Source: Marsupella aquatica
Lineage: Eukaryota; Plantae; Marchantiophyta
Direction: 5' to 3'
DNA length: 64,000 bases
NCBI GenBank assembly: GCA_973895155.1
Contig: OZ316892.1
Span: 15,368,861-15,432,860, forward strand
Part shown: positions 62,941 to 64,000 of the stretch, one piece after another
Numbering within the stretch: the stretch's first letter is position 1
Layout: each line of letters starts with the position of its first letter
Notes under the pieces: generated by a model
What the model saw: the letters and a program-made list of their open reading frames with translations, nothing else
Told to the model about the DNA's origin: nothing
Databases searched by the model: none
Position numbers and translations under genes: made by a program

Positions 62941-63306
62941 AAAATTCCTTCTCGGCAGTTTCCAACCAGTTGGTGACGGACAGGATGCGAACAATAGGTG
63001 CTTTTATGAAAAAAGATATATACTAGGGTTAGGGTTAGCACCATCAACAGGTAAAGGTCATAGTCGAGAAGGGGTCGTCCTCACTCTGAAAGCCAAAACC
63101 TAGGCAGTCAATTCCATCAGCTGCTAACAACATCCATGAACTGATGCTAGTGTTCAATGTTTCCTTCAAGGGGTTTCAGTATCTCACTGATGCAAAAGGT
63201 TATAGACAGACGCTCGTCGTTGCTGAACAGCTAGGAAATTCCGTAGAAGCTCCTCCATGCTGACTACGGTGCTTGTAGCTGAGATCGTACTTTCGTCGCC
63301 CACCAT
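60906..63306 (-). CDS. REX1-B (required for excision 1-B) domain protein, 4 exons
   Basis: Exons 63306-63188 (MVGD..LLRNFLAVQQRRASVY), 62282-62189 (GFADLL..YQEVCSQVTSSFSECSKQ), 61996-61892 (VLEIE..RPDLAAVLQAVQAQEKQKLQM), 61223-60906 (AEYDAAIKEA..VQNAVLEINDHIDAVRYEI); phases join in frame. Confidence 0.8.
62884..62939. repeat. (GA)n microsatellite in intron 1 of the REX1-B-like gene
   Basis: About 28 perfect GA units. Confidence 0.97.
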
Positions 63307-64000
63307 CCTTCCAAAGTCTACCTCCAACCGTAGCAGCAACAAATTTCCTCTCAGTCTGGGCCGCCTCTGACTAATCTTACCGCAATCATGGCAATGAGCT
63401 GGTAACGAGAATGAAAATCATCAGGCCTTGCATTATCAAAATGCCACCCTACCCGCTTCAAATTCTCGTCTGTGTAATATTCCGACAGGGACCACATTTA
63501 AGGGTACAGAAAGTAGAAAGAAAGGGGCTGGGTCACAGGTGTAGACAGATTGCAGGCAGGTAGCAACAAAGACACCTGTATGTTGGAAAAACCCCAGGCT
63601 CCAACAGATGACAACGCCATACATTTTACATCAAGCATTATTGTCAAGCAGGCCACAGAACAGCTTCTCTTGAATGACCACTTCTACTACGAAATGGAAA
63701 ACACGGGGGAACGGAACAGGACAGTCCTCGAATGTATCAGAAAGTGCTCCGATTCGAGATCAGCACTGACGACCGTAAGTGAAACCGCGGCCATATCCAA
63801 AATAAGAAAAACAAGGGAATGACTCAATCACAGTGAACATTCGATAGTAGTTATGGACTTCGGAGAAATTCTGTAGGATGCTCTGAATAAAACTTAAGAA
63901 ATCGCCTAAAGTACAAAATGAACCCGGAAGCTACCTTCACTTGCAAAACAGGGACACTAAAACTTAGTGAGTAGTTTGCACAACACCTAAAGAACAACGG

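Noticed and set aside
62780-63026. SL- and ER-repeat ORFs
   Set aside because: Translations of the intronic (GA)n microsatellite.

Overview
Eukaryotic land-plant genomic DNA (intron-rich genes, plant-type transposons); the species cannot be determined from sequence. The left ~28 kb is a nested transposon stack. Its apparent host is a large, decayed Mutator-like (MULE) element with a minus-strand transposase (SWIM finger and Zn knuckle). A convergent plus-strand gene built of repeated phase-0 exons and an ORF with an RNase H1/caulimovirus-P6 hybrid-binding domain lie next to it. Two tandem arrays (114 bp and 49 bp) share the palindrome GAAGACA-N10-TGTCTTC. Inserted in this region are a young Ty1/copia element (apparently identical 421-bp LTRs, TSD ATGTT) and a Ty3/gypsy chromovirus with non-canonical AGT...ACT termini (TSD TAATG). 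The chromovirus 3' LTR carries a 3.8-kb TG...CA insert encoding a >700-aa protein. The middle holds a GCK-domain gene, two non-autonomous Helitrons and several decayed or rearranged copia copies. The right part holds a 24-exon P4-ATPase (ALA2-like) and a convergent 4-exon REX1-B-like gene. Best leads: a possible VANDAL-like motif-plus-accessory-protein system in the MULE, an in-frame UGA between gag and pol shared by two diverged copia copies, the AGT...ACT chromovirus, and the protein-coding solo-LTR-like insert. All family assignments come from motif recognition by eye; no searches were run.
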